DNA of 64,000 nt from an uncultured Aliarcobacter sp. (GCA_963677435.1 OY781945.1:252879-316878), one strand, 5' to 3'; shown: positions 36,997 through 46,986, numbered from the stretch's first letter. Made by a program: numbers and translations. Notes: a model not told the origin generated them from the sequence alone.

Positions 36997-37394
36997 GTCA
37001 ATTAGTTGCAACAATAAAAAAGATAAATAATATCGACAACTTAAACATTGTTGAGTTTGATTTTTTTGGGAAAACTCTAAAAATGATGAGTTTAGATTTA
37101 AGTCAAAATGTTCAAGTAGGTAAAAAAGTAAAATTATTAGTAAAACCTACAAATATATCAATTGCAAAAAATCTAAATGGCGATATTAGCTTTTCAAATC
37201 AACTTGTTGCAACTATACAAAGCCTAGAAAATGGTCAACTTCTAAGTAGTGTTATTTTAAAAGTTAATGATATTTTTCTTGAAAGTATCATAACAAAAGA
37301 CTCTTCTATAAGAATGAATCTACAAATAAATGATGAAGTTACAATTTTGATAAAGGCTAGTAACTTATCAATACAGGAAATTATAAATGATTGA
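36993..37394 (+). CDS. TOBE/molbindin-type molybdate-binding protein
   Basis: Two TOBE-like halves; ISFSNQL.ATI, ESIITKDS..RM.L..ND.V..LIKAS. Confidence 0.8.
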   Translation: MSQLVATIKKINNIDNLNIVEFDFFGKTLKMMSLDLSQNVQVGKKVKLLVKPTNISIAKNLNGDISFSNQLVATIQSLENGQLLSSVILKVNDIFLESIITKDSSIRMNLQINDEVTILIKASNLSIQEIIND

Positions 37395-38079
37395 GTTATT
37401 GAAAAATATAGAATTTGAACCTTTTTTAATCTCGTTCAAATTAGCTGGTATTACTACTTTAATTCTATTTTTTATTAGTTTACCACTTGCTTGGTTTCTA
37501 TCCCAATCAAAATCAAAACTAAAACCATTTTTCGAAGCAATTACAGCACTTCCTATAGTTTTACCTCCTTCTGTTATTGGATTTTATATACTTTGGGCGC
37601 TATCATATAACTCTCCAATTGGAGCATTTTTTGAAAGTACTTTTGGAATAAAACTTGTGTTTAATTTTACAGGTCTTATTATTGCTAGTTGTTTTTATTC
37701 TTTGCCTTTTATGGTTCAACCTTTACAAGGTGGTTTTGAAAGCCTAAATAAAAATATGTTAGAAGCTAGTTATATCTCAGGGAAAAATAAGTTAACAACT
37801 ATTTTTAGAGTTGCTTTACCAAATATGAAACCAGCACTATTAACAGCAATAATCATAACTTTTTCTCATACTGTAGGAGAGTTTGGAGTTGTTTTAATGG
37901 TTGGAGGAAGTATTCCTGGAGTTACAAAAGTAGCCTCAGTTGCTATTTATGAATTTGTTGAAATCATGGATTACACAAATGCTCATATTTATAGTGCAAT
38001 TATGATAACACTTAGTTTTCTTACTCTTTTAGGTGTTTATATTTTTAATGGAAAACAAAAAAAAGTTTTAGGAATTTAA
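37387..38079 (+). CDS. modB: Molybdate ABC transporter permease
   Basis: LPIVLPPSVIGF, EASY..G, GEFGVVLMVGGSIPG.T. Confidence 0.95.
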   Translation: MIELLKNIEFEPFLISFKLAGITTLILFFISLPLAWFLSQSKSKLKPFFEAITALPIVLPPSVIGFYILWALSYNSPIGAFFESTFGIKLVFNFTGLIIASCFYSLPFMVQPLQGGFESLNKNMLEASYISGKNKLTTIFRVALPNMKPALLTAIIITFSHTVGEFGVVLMVGGSIPGVTKVASVAIYEFVEIMDYTNAHIYSAIMITLSFLTLLGVYIFNGKQKKVLGI

Positions 38080-38082
38080 TAA

Positions 38083-38937
38083 ATGATAACAATAGATATA
38101 GATAAACAACTACATGGCTCAAATGGAGAGATGGATTTAAAAGTAAATCTTGAAATAAAACAAGGTGAATTCTTAGCTCTTGCTGGACTTAGCGGAAGTG
38201 GTAAAACTACACTTCTTAGAATTTTAGCTGGACTTGAAAGTGCAAGTGGAACAATAAAAATTGATGAAAATATTTGGTTAGATAATAAGTTTTGTTTAGC
38301 ACCACAAAAAAGAGAAATAGGATTTGTCTTTCAAGATTATGCACTTTTTCCAAACTTTACAATATTAGATAATCTTTTGTATGTAAATAAAGATAAAGAG
38401 TTAGCTAATCACTTATTAAAAATGACCGAATTAGAAGAGTTAAAAAACAGATTTCCCCAAACACTAAGTGGCGGTCAAAAACAAAGAGTTAGCCTTTGTC
38501 GAGCGTTGATGAATAAACCAAAACTTTTACTTATGGATGAGCCTTTATCCGCTCTTGACCCTGAAATGAGAACAAAACTTCAAAATGAAATTTTAACTTT
38601 ACATAAAGAGTTTAACACAACAACTATAATGGTAAGTCATGACCCAAGTGAAATCTATCGTTTAGCAAATCGAGTTGTTGTTTTAAATCAAGGTCAAATT
38701 ATAAATGATGGAACACCAAAAGATGTTCTTTTGAAAACAAAAGGTAGCCAAAAGTTTTCCTTTGAAGGAGAGCTTTTAGATATTGTAAAAGTTGATGTTA
38801 TTCATATTGCTATTGTATCTATTGGACAACAATTAGTTGAAGTTGTTGTTGGAAATGATGAAGCAAAAAATTTAGAAATAGGGCAAAAAGTAAGTATTAG
38901 TACAAAAGCATTTAGCCCAACAATCCAGAAAATATAA
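38083..38937 (+). CDS. modC: Molybdate ABC transporter ATPase
   Basis: GLSGSGKTT, LSGGQKQR, LLLMDEP, VSHD. Confidence 0.92.
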   Translation: MITIDIDKQLHGSNGEMDLKVNLEIKQGEFLALAGLSGSGKTTLLRILAGLESASGTIKIDENIWLDNKFCLAPQKREIGFVFQDYALFPNFTILDNLLYVNKDKELANHLLKMTELEELKNRFPQTLSGGQKQRVSLCRALMNKPKLLLMDEPLSALDPEMRTKLQNEILTLHKEFNTTTIMVSHDPSEIYRLANRVVVLNQGQIINDGTPKDVLLKTKGSQKFSFEGELLDIVKVDVIHIAIVSIGQQLVEVVVGNDEAKNLEIGQKVSISTKAFSPTIQKI

Positions 38938-38938
38938 A

Positions 38939-39784
38939 ATGTTTAATTTATCAATAAGCGAATTAGAAAAATATATCCAAGATGATATACCTTATTTTGA
39001 TTTAACTACAAGTTTACAAAATTGTAATGGAATAAAAGCACAAATTGAAGTATTCACAAAGGAAGATATTATCGTATCTTGTAGTGAAGAAGCTGTAAAA
39101 ATAGCTGAACTTTTAAACTGTAAAGTTGAATTTTATGAAAAAAGTAAAACAAAAATCGAAAAAAGTTCTACAATATTGAAATTCTCAGGAAATTATGAAG
39201 ATATCCACAAAGCTTGGAGATTAACTCAAATTCTTTTAGAATATAGTTGCAAAATAAGCACTTATTCACATCAGATGAAAGAAAAAATAGAAAAAATAAA
39301 TCCTACTTGTGAACTATTAACAACCAGAAAAACTTTCCCTTTTTCAAAAAGATTTTGTATAAAAGCAGCTTTTTGTGGAGGAGCAATGCCCCATAGGTTG
39401 AACCTTTCAGAAACTATTTTATTTTTTGAAGGACATAGAATTTTGTATAAAAACAATGTTGAATTTTATGAAGATTTAAAAAGAATAAAAATAAAAATCC
39501 CAGAAAAAAAACTAAATGTCGAAAGTGATAACTTTGAAGATAGTATAAATTTAATGAAAATTGGAGTTGATGTAATTCAGCTTGATAAAATTGATTTTGA
39601 AGAACTAGAAAAAATCATCACTTACAAAAATGAAAACTATCCATTTGTGAAAATATTAGTAGCAGGTGGAATAAATCTAACAAATATCGAAAAATACGCC
39701 TCATATAAAATAGATGGAGTGGTTACAAGTTCTGTTTATAACTGTGGAATGGCAAATATTAGTAGTAAATTAAAAATCATATAA
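38939..39784 (+). CDS. modD: ModD (NadC/QPRTase-like) protein
   Basis: DIPYFDLTT, TTRKTFP, HRLNLSETIL, QLDK, AGGIN. Confidence 0.9.
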   Translation: MFNLSISELEKYIQDDIPYFDLTTSLQNCNGIKAQIEVFTKEDIIVSCSEEAVKIAELLNCKVEFYEKSKTKIEKSSTILKFSGNYEDIHKAWRLTQILLEYSCKISTYSHQMKEKIEKINPTCELLTTRKTFPFSKRFCIKAAFCGGAMPHRLNLSETILFFEGHRILYKNNVEFYEDLKRIKIKIPEKKLNVESDNFEDSINLMKIGVDVIQLDKIDFEELEKIITYKNENYPFVKILVAGGINLTNIEKYASYKIDGVVTSSVYNCGMANISSKLKII

Positions 39785-39801
39785 CTTCATAATAGTTCTT
39801 T

Positions 39802-39817
39802 AGGAACACTTCTTGCA
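39802..39817 (+). promoter_or_regulatory. sigma54 promoter of the akr-flavoprotein-nifT operon
   Basis: AGGAACACTTCTTGCA, GG-N10-GC. Confidence 0.85.
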
Positions 39818-39908
39818 TAGTACTAAATACACCTTTAAATATTAATGGGGGAGTAAATCTCATTTATTCCCTTGTTATTATGTAATTTTAGAAAAAGAAG
39901 AAAAAATC

Positions 39909-41015
39909 ATGATAGCAACATTTGATGAAACTTACAATTTTGCAAGAAAATTCTCTCATTATAAAGATTTTTATATTAAACACAATAATTTAATATTTTC
40001 AAAATTGGGACTTGGAACTTTTAATAAAGAACCATACAAAGAAGAAAACTATCTATTTCACTATATAGAGGGTGTAAAAGAAGCGGTAAAAAGTGGAATA
40101 AATCTAATAGATACAGCAAGTAATTATAGATATGGTCAAAGTGAAAAAGAGATTGGTATTGCACTAAAAGAGCTATTTGAAGAAGGCATTACTAAAAGAG
40201 AAGAATTAATTATATGTTCAAAAGGTGGCTTTATTCAACTAGAATATCCCTTTCCTGCAAATCCATATACATGGATTGAAGAGAATATAATTAATAATTC
40301 ATTAGCAACAAAAGATGATATAGAACTTGATCAACACTGTATGACACCTGATTATTTGGAGTGGTCATGTAAAAAATCCCTTGAGAATTTAGGTGTTAAA
40401 ACTATTGACATCTATTTTTTACATAATCCAGAAATACAAATTTCAAAAATTGGATATAAAAAATTCCTAAAAAAAATTGAAACTATTTTTAAAAGATTTG
40501 AAAAAATGGTTGAAATGAAAATGATAAGATATTATGGTATTGCAGTTTGGAATGGTTTTATTGACGAAAGTACAAATGAACATATTAACTTAGAAGATTT
40601 AGTGGATATTGCCATCAAAGTAGGCGGTGAAAATCATAATTTTAAATACATTCAAACTCCATTTAATATGGGAAAAACATCAATTTACACAATGCCCTCA
40701 CAAAAAGTAAAAGGTGAAGAGTGCACTTTATTACAAGCAGCTCATAGATTAAGAATTGGCGTAATATCAAGTTCATCACTTCTTCAAATGAATCTATTTA
40801 AAAAATCTTTCAAACCTGAAACTGGTTACTTGCTTGATTCTAAAATAGTATTAGAAAATGATATTCAACTAGCACTTCAATTTGTTAGATCAACACCTGG
40901 AATAATAAGTTCATTATTCGCATCAAAAGTTCCTGTACATATTAAAAAAAATCTAGAAATTACAAAAATTCCAGCAACATCTAGAGCAAAATATGATTTG
41001 ATGTACAGAGTATAA
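39909..41015 (+). CDS. Aldo/keto reductase
   Basis: LGLGT, NLIDTASNY (Asp/Tyr), ICSKGG (Lys), YFLHNP (His). Confidence 0.9.
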   Translation: MIATFDETYNFARKFSHYKDFYIKHNNLIFSKLGLGTFNKEPYKEENYLFHYIEGVKEAVKSGINLIDTASNYRYGQSEKEIGIALKELFEEGITKREELIICSKGGFIQLEYPFPANPYTWIEENIINNSLATKDDIELDQHCMTPDYLEWSCKKSLENLGVKTIDIYFLHNPEIQISKIGYKKFLKKIETIFKRFEKMVEMKMIRYYGIAVWNGFIDESTNEHINLEDLVDIAIKVGGENHNFKYIQTPFNMGKTSIYTMPSQKVKGEECTLLQAAHRLRIGVISSSSLLQMNLFKKSFKPETGYLLDSKIVLENDIQLALQFVRSTPGIISSLFASKVPVHIKKNLEITKIPATSRAKYDLMYRV

Positions 41016-41016
41016 A

Positions 41017-42663
41017 ATGATTTATGATGTAATTGTAGTTGGAGGGGGAATTGCTGGTCTTATGGCTGCAATTGAAGCTAAAGATGAACAAAATAGAGTT
41101 GCTTTAATTACAAAAGGAAATATTTTTAAATCAAACTCTTCAATGGCAAGTGGCGGAATAAATGCCGTACTTGATTCAAACAATAGCAAAGAGATAAATC
41201 AACACATTACAGATACTTTTAATTCAGCAAAAGGAATAGGAAATAAAAAAGCTATTACTTTTATGTGCAAACAAGCCTCAACAATCATAGAAAAATTAGT
41301 TTCTTATGGTGTTGAATTTGATAGAGATGAAAGTGGAAATATAGCCCAAAGACCTTTTGGTGGTGGAAGTTCAAATAGAACTTGTTATGTGGGAGATAAA
41401 ACTGGAAGCGCCATAACTATGAGCCTTATAAAAAAAGCTAAAGCTAAAGGTATAACTTTTTTACCAAACAATTTTATTTTAAATCTAGCAAAATATCAAG
41501 ATAGAGTAAGTGGAGTTGTAGCTTTAAATAAAGAAAATTCACAAGTAGTAATATACGCATCAAAAGCTGTAATTCTAGCAGGTGGAGGATATGCTGGTAT
41601 TTATAGAGGATATTCTACAAATGCACCTGATTATACGGGAGATTTATTAGCTGTTGCTTTAAGAGCTGGACTTCATTTAAAAGATATGGAGTTTGTACAA
41701 TTTCATCCTACTGGTTTTGTGAAAACAAACTATTTAGTAACAGAAGCAGCAAGAGGTGAGGGTGGTTACCTTGTCAATAGTGAGGGTTTAAGATTTGTAA
41801 ATGAATTAGGAACAAGGGATGAAGTTGCTCGTGCAATATTAAAAGAGCAACTAGAAAAGAAAAAAGTTTACATTGATTTAAGACATTTAGGACTTGAAAA
41901 AATTCAACAAAAATTACCTTCACTTTACAATGCAGCACTTATGCAATGTGGTGTAGATATTAGCGAAGAGTTATTAGAAATAAAACCCGTTGCCCATTAT
42001 ACAATGGGTGGAGTTGATGTAAATATGACAAGTTGTGAACTAAAAGGTCTTTATATTTGTGGAGAAATGGCTTCAAATGGAGTGCATGGAGCAAATAGAT
42101 TAGGAGGAAACTCTTTACTTGAAGGTTGTGTATTTGGAAATCTAGCAGGAAATAATGCAAAAGAGTATGCAAAGCAAAATGAATTTTCACCAATAGATTA
42201 TAACACTGTTGTAAAAGATATTGAAATGATTGATTTTATTTTCAAAGGAGATACAACTAAAAACTTTAATGCCATTAGAGTTAGTTTAGGAAAATATCTA
42301 TTTGAAAAAGTGGGAATTATAAAAAATGAAAAAAGCCTAACTGAAGCCTTTGATTATGTAAAATATTTAAGACAAATATCATATAACCTTCATTGTATCA
42401 ACAAAGAAAAAAACAATAATGTAGAATTAAGTGCCATTTTAGAGCTAAGAAATGCCCTTGAAATATCAGAAGCAATAATATTATGTGCACAAAAAAGACA
42501 TGAAAGTAGAGGAGCTCACTATAGAGAAGATTATGCTTTTATGTCAAAAAGATTTAATAAAAGTTTTGTAGTTAAAGAGCTAAAAAAAGGTTATTTTAAA
42601 ATCTCATTTAAAGAGGGTGAGTTTTTAAAACAATTAAAAAATCTATTTATAAATAAGGAGTAA
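41017..42663 (+). CDS. SdhA/FrdA-family flavoprotein, non-covalent FAD, no Fe-S or membrane partner in the operon
   Basis: GGGIAG, RPFGG, FVQFHPTG, EAARGEG, TRD, HYTMGG, HGANRLGGNSL, ESRGAHYR; covalent-FAD His replaced (KSNSSMASGG). Confidence 0.85.
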   Translation: MIYDVIVVGGGIAGLMAAIEAKDEQNRVALITKGNIFKSNSSMASGGINAVLDSNNSKEINQHITDTFNSAKGIGNKKAITFMCKQASTIIEKLVSYGVEFDRDESGNIAQRPFGGGSSNRTCYVGDKTGSAITMSLIKKAKAKGITFLPNNFILNLAKYQDRVSGVVALNKENSQVVIYASKAVILAGGGYAGIYRGYSTNAPDYTGDLLAVALRAGLHLKDMEFVQFHPTGFVKTNYLVTEAARGEGGYLVNSEGLRFVNELGTRDEVARAILKEQLEKKKVYIDLRHLGLEKIQQKLPSLYNAALMQCGVDISEELLEIKPVAHYTMGGVDVNMTSCELKGLYICGEMASNGVHGANRLGGNSLLEGCVFGNLAGNNAKEYAKQNEFSPIDYNTVVKDIEMIDFIFKGDTTKNFNAIRVSLGKYLFEKVGIIKNEKSLTEAFDYVKYLRQISYNLHCINKEKNNNVELSAILELRNALEISEAIILCAQKRHESRGAHYREDYAFMSKRFNKSFVVKELKKGYFKISFKEGEFLKQLKNLFINKE

Positions 42664-42666
42664 AAA

Positions 42667-42876
42667 ATGGCAAAAGTTATGTTAAGAGAAGTAGATGGGG
42701 TTGTATCTTTTTATTTTGCAAAAAAAGATATGGAAGAAACAATTGAAGAAATAGAGTTTGATACACAAGAAAAATGGGGCGGAAATGCAACTTTATCAAA
42801 TGGTGAAACTTGGTGGATTCAACCAGGTATTAAAAAACTTCCTAAAGAAGAAGTATGTAAAAAGATTGCGGATTAA
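42667..42876 (+). CDS. nifT: Nitrogen fixation protein NifT/FixU
   Basis: KVMLR......YFAKKDMEE.I......KWGG..TLSNG..W.....LP. Confidence 0.92.
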   Translation: MAKVMLREVDGVVSFYFAKKDMEETIEEIEFDTQEKWGGNATLSNGETWWIQPGIKKLPKEEVCKKIAD

Positions 42877-42926
42877 TCTTTTGTATATTTTTTATATAAA
42901 CGGTTATTCATTATGAGTTGCGGAAT

Positions 42927-42935
42927 TGTTATAAT
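42927..42935 (+). promoter_or_regulatory. Probable RpoD extended -10 promoter of nifA
   Basis: TG-T-TATAAT 26 nt before the nifA ATG (AGGAGG RBS between). Confidence 0.6.
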
Positions 42936-42961
42936 TAAATTATTAAAAATAGGAGGCAATA

Positions 42962-44491
42962 ATGTTTGATAAATCTGCCTGTATGAGCTGCCTAACAATA
43001 AGAGAATTAACAACACTTTATGAAATTTCTTCAGTTATTTCAAATCATTATGATTTGCAAACTTCCCTTGAGAAATCAATGAAAATTTTAAAAAACTCGT
43101 TAAGTCTTGAAAATTGTGTAGTTCATATTTTAGATGATGATGTTTTAAATGTTTTTGCGTCTATTGAATTATCAAAATTCCAAAAAACACTTGCTACTTA
43201 TAAAGTAGGAGAGGGAGTTACTGGAATGGTTGCTGAATCAAAAGAACCAGTTGTTGTAGAAAATATTCATAATAACTCTATTTTTCTAAATAAATCAGGA
43301 AAAAGAGATTTTAATGGGAAATCTTATGCAGCAGTTCCTTTAATGATAGACAATGAATCCATAGGTGTTTTAGGTGCAGTGATTACTAAAAATGCTGAAA
43401 TACAACTAGATGATACAGTAAGAATTTTAACAATTGTAAGTTCAATCTTTGCACAAACAATTCATTCTTATCAACTATATCAAAAAGAAAAAGAGAGATT
43501 ACAAGAACTAAAACTTTATTACAAAATGGAATGGGATTCAAAAGTTCATAATTTTGGGGATATTATTGGAGATAGTCCAAAAATGGAACAAGTTTTCAAA
43601 GTTATTCAAAGAATTGCCCAATCTGATGTAACTGTATTAGTTAGAGGAGAAACAGGAACTGGAAAAGAACTAGTTGCTGCTGCCATTCATAAAAGAAGTA
43701 ACAGAAAAGATGAACCATTTATCAAACTAAATTGTGCTGCTATTACTGATACTTTACTTGAAAGCGAACTTTTTGGACATGAAAAAGGCGCATTTACAGA
43801 TGCAAGAGAAACTAGAAAAGGAAGATTTGAACTAGCAGATGGAGGAACTCTTTTTTTAGATGAAATAGGAGATATTTCACCCTCAGCTCAAGTAAAACTT
43901 CTAAGAGTTCTACAAGAAAGAGAATTTGAAAGAGTTGGTGGAAGTAAAACTATAAAAGTAAATGTTAGACTCGTAGCTGCAACAAATAGAAATCTTGAAC
44001 AAATGGTTAAAGATGGGAAGTTTAGAGAAGATTTATATTATAGATTAAATGTTATTCCTATTGATTTACCGCCACTTAGAGAAAGAGGTGAGGATATTAA
44101 ACAACTTGTAAACTTCTTTTTAGAAAGAGCTATGAGAAACCACAAAAAAAGAGTAACAATCACAGATGAAGCTATGGATGCGCTCTGTAGTTACCCGTGG
44201 CCGGGCAATGTAAGAGAATTAGAAAATACAATTGAGCGTATTGTTTTAATGGGGAATGAAGAAGGAATAAACAAATATGATATGTTACTTTTACTTCCTG
44301 CACTTAATGATCAAAAACTAAAAAGTGATTATAAACCAATTTCTAAAAAAAGTTTGACTTTAGAAGAATTGGAAAAAGAAGCAATTATTGAGGCACTTGA
44401 AAATAACGACTATAATCAATCAAATGCGGCAATAGAGTTAGGAATAACTCTTAGACAAATGGGGTATAAAATAAAAAAATATGAAATCTAA
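42962..44491 (+). CDS. nifA: sigma54-dependent activator NifA (GAF-AAA+-HTH)
   Basis: GAF with GEGVTG; GETGTGKE; ESELFGHEKGAFTDA; FLDEIG; WPGNVRELEN; C-terminal Q..AA..LG.T.RQ..YKI HTH. Confidence 0.92.
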   Translation: MFDKSACMSCLTIRELTTLYEISSVISNHYDLQTSLEKSMKILKNSLSLENCVVHILDDDVLNVFASIELSKFQKTLATYKVGEGVTGMVAESKEPVVVENIHNNSIFLNKSGKRDFNGKSYAAVPLMIDNESIGVLGAVITKNAEIQLDDTVRILTIVSSIFAQTIHSYQLYQKEKERLQELKLYYKMEWDSKVHNFGDIIGDSPKMEQVFKVIQRIAQSDVTVLVRGETGTGKELVAAAIHKRSNRKDEPFIKLNCAAITDTLLESELFGHEKGAFTDARETRKGRFELADGGTLFLDEIGDISPSAQVKLLRVLQEREFERVGGSKTIKVNVRLVAATNRNLEQMVKDGKFREDLYYRLNVIPIDLPPLRERGEDIKQLVNFFLERAMRNHKKRVTITDEAMDALCSYPWPGNVRELENTIERIVLMGNEEGINKYDMLLLLPALNDQKLKSDYKPISKKSLTLEELEKEAIIEALENNDYNQSNAAIELGITLRQMGYKIKKYEI

Positions 44492-45002
44492 AATAATATA
44501 CAAAAATGAAGAGATGGAATTAACAGATGATTTTATCGACATTGGTTATATGGCTGAAAATATCGATGTAATTAAACTTAATGGTGAAAAATTCACAATT
44601 AAAAAAGCCAGCCCAAATAGAAATATTCAAATATTTTTATCTTTTCCAAATTTTGATGATTTTAAAGAAGAAATTATAGCTTTTGATGAGTTTATAAATG
44701 GTGCTAAAATTGATATATATACATATATTATTTTTAATGAAAAAATTTATTTTCCCTATGAATTTAAAAAAATCATACCAGTATTTGATATAAATGAAGA
44801 GTTTGCAGAGATGTATGGAACAAAAATCGTAAGTGGTAGCTTAGAAAATAAATTAACAAAAGCTCTTTTTTTAATTGGTAAAGATGGAGCTATTTATCAT
44901 ATTGATATGCCTAATAACTTAGATAAACCACTTGATTTAGAACGAATCAGAGTAGAATTAAACAAAGTTTATCAGTCATATACAGGAACTGGTTGTCATT
45001 AA
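44481..45002 (+). CDS. Tpx/redoxin-fold protein lacking the peroxidatic Cys, C-terminal YTGTGCH
   Basis: I.YKNEEMEL.D.FIDIG..AE, LSFPNFD, YGTKI..G.L...LTKALFLIGKDGAIYH; overlaps the nifA stop. Confidence 0.7.
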   Translation: MKSKIIYKNEEMELTDDFIDIGYMAENIDVIKLNGEKFTIKKASPNRNIQIFLSFPNFDDFKEEIIAFDEFINGAKIDIYTYIIFNEKIYFPYEFKKIIPVFDINEEFAEMYGTKIVSGSLENKLTKALFLIGKDGAIYHIDMPNNLDKPLDLERIRVELNKVYQSYTGTGCH

Positions 45003-45006
45003 AATA

Positions 45007-46986
45007 TTAATCTTCCAACCATGAACTTAAAGGTCTTGGTTTACCTAAAAAGTAACCTTGACCATAAGTTATCCCTAACTTTCTGAGTTCATCAACATCT
45101 TGTTTTGTTTCCACATATTCAGCAACAGTTTCTTGATTTTTTAAAGTTGCAATTTCTTGAATATATTTAATTACAGCCTTATCAGTGGGATCCGTATGCA
45201 TATCTTTTACAAAACTTCCATCAATTTTAACAACATCAAAGGGCATACTTTTTAAGTATTCAAAAGAAGCCATTCCCGTACCAAAATCATCAAGGGCAAG
45301 ACCTATTTTTTCACTTTTCAAAAATGAAATAAATTCATTTGCCTTATTAAAACTACCAATTGCCGAACTTTCTGTAACTTCTAATTCTAGCTTTTCCCAT
45401 GGAAAATCAAAATGTTTTATTGCTTCTTTTACTTTTGTTTGGAAGTCAATATTATTTAAACTAGAACCTGCTAGATTTATATGAGCAGAGTGAAGTTTTT
45501 CCAGATGTTTTTTATCTTTTGTGACAATCTCAAGATAACTCCATAATACATGAATATCAATATCTGTCATAAGTTGGTATCTCTCCGCAGTTGGTAAAAA
45601 ATCCAAAGGAGAAATAAATTTCCCATCTTTATCCCACATTCTAATCAATATTTCATAAGATATTTTGTCACTTTCATATTGTAAAGGAACAATATCTTGA
45701 GCAAAAAGTTCAAATCTTGAAGGTCCATTTCCCAAAGCTTCTTTAATAAATTTTGCAGTATCAAGTTCTACCGAAAATCTTTTTATATTTTCGTCGCTTT
45801 TATCAAAAATATGTGATTTATTTCTTCCACTTGCTTTTGCGGTATAAAGGGAGTTATTACTAGCTTTTAATAACTCTTTTAAGGTATATTCAAAGGCTTT
45901 AAAATGAACTAAAGAGATACAAGCTGAAATACTAAATGTTTCATTTTTATTTGAAAATCTAAAATCACTTAATTTTTCTAAACTTACTTGTAAAAAATCT
46001 TTAGAATCTTCAAAAGAAATATTCTTTAATAAAAGAACAAAACCATCAGCATCCAATCTTGCAAAAATAGAATTTTCAGGTAGAAATGATTTATAATAAG
46101 TACTTATCATTTTTAAAAGTTCATCACCAGTTTGATAATCAGCTGATTCATTAATAAGTTTAAATTGATCTAAATTAATATGAAAAAGAGCATAACCTTT
46201 TTCATTTACTGTTTTTAAAGCAAGTAAAAGTTCATCTTCAATAAAAAATCTATTATAAATATTTGTAAGTTGGTCATGGCTTGCATTAAATTGTAGTTGT
46301 TTTGTAGATAAAGATATCTGATCCATTAGATTATTAAAACCACTAAATAACTCTTTTATCTCATTATTCGCACTTGTTTTAACTTCTATAATCTCATTTT
46401 TTGTAGGGTCACTTTTTCTCATTGCATTTAAGAGATTTAAAAAAGGTTTAGTGTAACTTTTACTTAAAAATAGACTAAGAATTATTCCAAATATCAAAGC
46501 AAAAGGGAAAATTGCTAAGATTATATATGTTATTTTTTCTTGTTTAATTTTAAAAGATGTTAAATCAACAGATAAAAGAGTTGAGCCAAACTCCTGATTA
46601 TTTATGGTAATTGAATTTTTAATTAATAGATGATTCTCTTTAAAAAGCGTATTGTTTTTATTTAGTTTTTCATTTATATTTTTAATATCCCCAAATTTAT
46701 AAATAGGATTATTTGAATCATCAAATAAAACCATCGCATCAATTTTTTCAAAGGCAGATAGTCTAAAGTTTATATCTGAAAGCATATCAGCACTAGGAGC
46801 TAATAAATACTTTAATAAATCATTATTTAAAGATTTAGTAATAGCATTTGCTTCTGTTATTGCATTTAGATTATTCTCTTCTTTTTGTATTTTTAATACA
46901 AAAAATAGTGTTGCAACTTCAACAGCCATAACAATTAACGACATAAATACTATAAGTTGAACTTTTATACTAAATTTATTCCACAT
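45007..46986 (-). CDS. Membrane-anchored HAMP-GGDEF(degenerate)-EAL protein, likely c-di-GMP phosphodiesterase
   Basis: Two TM segments; HDQLTNIYNR; GGDEF site reads DADGF; EIL, LEVTES, ALDDFGTG, VKIDGSFV, AEYVE, YGQGY. Confidence 0.9.
   Translation of the reverse strand: MWNKFSIKVQLIVFMSLIVMAVEVATLFFVLKIQKEENNLNAITEANAITKSLNNDLLKYLLAPSADMLSDINFRLSAFEKIDAMVLFDDSNNPIYKFGDIKNINEKLNKNNTLFKENHLLIKNSITINNQEFGSTLLSVDLTSFKIKQEKITYIILAIFPFALIFGIILSLFLSKSYTKPFLNLLNAMRKSDPTKNEIIEVKTSANNEIKELFSGFNNLMDQISLSTKQLQFNASHDQLTNIYNRFFIEDELLLALKTVNEKGYALFHINLDQFKLINESADYQTGDELLKMISTYYKSFLPENSIFARLDADGFVLLLKNISFEDSKDFLQVSLEKLSDFRFSNKNETFSISACISLVHFKAFEYTLKELLKASNNSLYTAKASGRNKSHIFDKSDENIKRFSVELDTAKFIKEALGNGPSRFELFAQDIVPLQYESDKISYEILIRMWDKDGKFISPLDFLPTAERYQLMTDIDIHVLWSYLEIVTKDKKHLEKLHSAHINLAGSSLNNIDFQTKVKEAIKHFDFPWEKLELEVTESSAIGSFNKANEFISFLKSEKIGLALDDFGTGMASFEYLKSMPFDVVKIDGSFVKDMHTDPTDKAVIKYIQEIATLKNQETVAEYVETKQDVDELRKLGITYGQGYFLGKPRPLSSWLED

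Noticed and set aside
43786-43803. GAFTDA instead of GAFTGA in NifA
   Set aside because: A variant I recall in functional Campylobacterota sigma54 activators; no evidence of inactivation.
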